Positions 61,126 to 64,000 of a stretch of DNA of 64,000 bases are shown one piece after another. Positions within the stretch are counted from its first letter, which is position 1; each line of letters starts with the position of its first letter. Source of the stretch: Adineta vaga (lineage: Eukaryota; Animalia; Rotifera). The position numbers were made by a program, and so were the translations under genes. The stretch spans positions 9,486,001 to 9,550,000 of the forward strand of contig CP075492.1 of assembly GCA_021613535.1 (NCBI GenBank), written 5' to 3'. The notes under the pieces were generated by a model that saw only the letters and a program-made list of their open reading frames with translations, made no database searches and was not told the DNA's origin.

Positions 61126-64000
61126 ATGATTAGATTTTGGCATTTATTAAGTCTAATTCTCATTTTTAATATCTCCTTGATTGAAAATGTCGATAAAAAT
61201 AATTTTAAAACATGTGAACAAAGTGCATTTTGTCGGTTTGTATTATTTTCCATGGAAATCTTCTTTCAATAATATGTATTTTCGTTTCTCATAGACGACA
61301 ACGTAAATATAAACCAGAAACATCACCTTATGAAGTTGATCTTAGTTCAATGAAAACGGTTACGAATGGACATCTACAATTTACTTTACTCAATACATTG
61401 AAAACGCATGTGAAATTTCAATTAGATTTATTTACACTTGAACATAATTCATTGCGCGTTAAAATCAATGAAATGAATCCAATTAGAAAACGTTATGAAG
61501 TTCAATCGGTTCTTGTTGGTGAACCAAAACTTGTCAAGTAAGAAAGTATATTTCTCTTCCATTAAGAGATACAACTCGATGTATTTCTAGTGTGAATCTA
61601 ACAAAATCGGATGGAAATCGAGTTGAAGGTCGATTTGATAAAACAGCACGATTTATACTCAATGCAAAACCATTCCGATTAGATTTATTTACAAATGATA
61701 TATTCGTTATGAGTGTTAATTCAAAGAATATGTTCAATTTTGAACATTATCGAAAGAAACCAGGGTATAACGGATTTGTTTATTAAAAACAAAACATTTT
61801 TTTATTGATTTTAATTGTTTAGATCTGATGGAGCTCCTGCTGATGCGAACGTAAGTTCTTTCTTATCTTACAATACCAATGCATATCAATTAATTTAGAA
61901 TGAAGATAATGAAGATGGTATGTGGGAAGAAACATTCAAAACACATCCCGATTCAAAACCACATGGTAAGAAATATTTATATTATACTTGAATGATAAAT
62001 CCATTAATTATTCATACAAAAGGTCCATCATCGATTGGTGTAGATGTTAATTTTCTAAATTTTGAAAATGTCTATGGTATTCCTGAACATGCCGATGCAT
62101 TTTCACTTCGTTCAACACAGTATGTTTAAGTAACTGTTCAAAATATAATGAAATCATCTTTTCTATAGTGATACCGATCCATATCGTTTATTCAATTTGG
62201 ATATATTTGAATATGATATTCTAAATACTATGGCTTTATATGGTTCAATTCCATATATGCTTGCTCATAAGTAATTTCATGACGAAATCTTTGGCTGAAA
62301 TTTAATCATGTAATTGTTTTTAGTGAACATGCCACTGTTGGTTTCTTTTGGTTAAATGCAGCTGAAGGTTGGATCGATGTTCAAAATGATAAATTAAATA
62401 CAAAGGTAGGAAAATCTTCCTAATAAGAATAGATCTCATGCGCGAAAGATTACTTCGAAATCATGGAGTCTGTTTTGTTTTGTCTTGCAGAGTAACTGGT
62501 TTAAAACTCAGGTAATACATGAACACGTGTCTTGCATGTGATCAGAAATAAAAGAAAACAATCTAGATCTTTGAAGCTTTCAAATGTTTTCTTTTTATCC
62601 AGTAATTTAGCATGACTAATCAAACGATGATAGATATTTGTGTTTTCTAAATTAAAAAAGAAAATTTTTCGGACGATTTAACCGAAATGAAATATATAAA
62701 TATTGGTTGATTTCTTTCTTTTTCTTTTTTGTTTAGAATATCTTTTCGACAATTACAAGTTTTTTTGGTTCAAAATCAAATAACGAAAATAATGAAGTAC
62801 CAGAAGTAACAACGCATTGGATGTTTGAATCAGGCATTTTTGATGGATTCTTCTTCATGGGACCAACACCAAATGATATTTTTAAACAATATACAGCTAT
62901 TACCGGATCTGTACCAACACCACCGGTAAATTGTACATTTATTCATATAAAAAAAATATCTTCATTATTTAGCTTTGGGCAATTGCATATCATCAATGTC
63001 GTTGGAATTATAATGATGAAGATGATGTCCGAGGGTATGTTCTATTTTCTTTTTGGTATTGTAGTTGAAATATGTAGAATTATTGTATTTAATTAGTGTA
63101 AATAATGGCTTTGAACAACATCAAATACCAGTCGATGTTATCTGGCTTGATATTGAACATACTAATGGTAAACGTTATTTCACCTGGGATACATCGAAAT
63201 TTCCCAATCCAGAAAAATTACAAGACGATATGGCTGTTTATGGTAGAAAAATGATAACAATTAGTGATCCACATATAAAAAAAGATGATGGATATCAATT
63301 ATATGCTGAAGCAAAATCACTTGGATATTATGTTAAAACAAAAGATGGTGCAGATTACGAAGGATGGTGTTGGCCAGGTTAGAATAGAACTTGTTATTGG
63401 AATGAGAAATAATAGAATCTAGGATTTCTGAAGAGACTAATGACTTAAACTATAAACATTTGTCATGATTTCGGCTGAGAATTAGATATTTTGAATTGAT
63501 TCTTTCGTATCAGAAACTAAGATTACTTGCTCTAGTCTTATGTGAAAGGATCATAATCATTTGTTAATCAACAGGTACATCAATGTGGCTTGATTACTTC
63601 AATCCAGAAATCTACAAATGGTATTCTCAACGTTATTCATATGAGAATTATAAAGGATCAACACCAAATCTTTTTATCTGGAATGATATGAATGAACCAT
63701 CGGTTTTCAATGGACCTGAAGTTACATTCCCGAAAGATATTGTACATTATGGTGGATGGGAAAATCGTGATGTACATAATTTATATGGTATGCTTCAACA
63801 TATGGCAACATTCGATGGTCTTTTAGAACGTTCTCATGGAAATATTCGACCATTTATTTTAACACGTTCATTTTTTGCTGGTTCACAACGAACATCAGCA
63901 GTATGGACTGGTGATAATGCTGCTCAATGGAGTCATTTGAAAATAGCTGTTCCTATGTTATTGAGTTTATCAGTTACTGGTATTGGTTTTATTGGTGCCG
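61126..64000 (+). CDS. GANAB: Glucosidase II alpha subunit (GH31), runs off the window end
   Basis: [40 protein letters not shown], catalytic [10 protein letters not shown] and AVWTGDN. Confidence 0.96.

Overview
AT-rich eukaryotic DNA with compact, intron-rich metazoan genes (most introns about 50-65 nt, GT-AG). The style and one proline-rich gene family suggest a rotifer, probably bdelloid; this is an inference. I can support about 21 protein genes: SGPL1 (3' part), PARG, a SUEL-lectin/CUB receptor, CFAP99, an MCC-like gene, TBC1D25, two divergent R-Smads, RPL36A, FKBP12, a zf-3CxxC protein, a group II PAK, CCDC157, eIF4E, a 3-Ig surface protein, DHTKD1, a Pro-rich protein, SDHA, two small unknowns, TTC29 and GANAB (5' part). 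There is also an intronic tRNA-Arg(TCT). The main observations are: (1) a minus-strand miR-125 hairpin with a candidate second pre-miRNA and a let-7-like remnant, downstream of a (CG)n-TATA promoter; (2) operon-like gene pairs with unpaired splice acceptors (Smad>RPL36A, Smad>FKBP12, CFAP99>MCC-like), suggesting SL trans-splicing; (3) two tandem R-Smads that both lost the MH1 DNA-binding hairpin, one also lacking the C-terminal SxS site. Exon boundaries were read by eye and no searches or folding programs were run.
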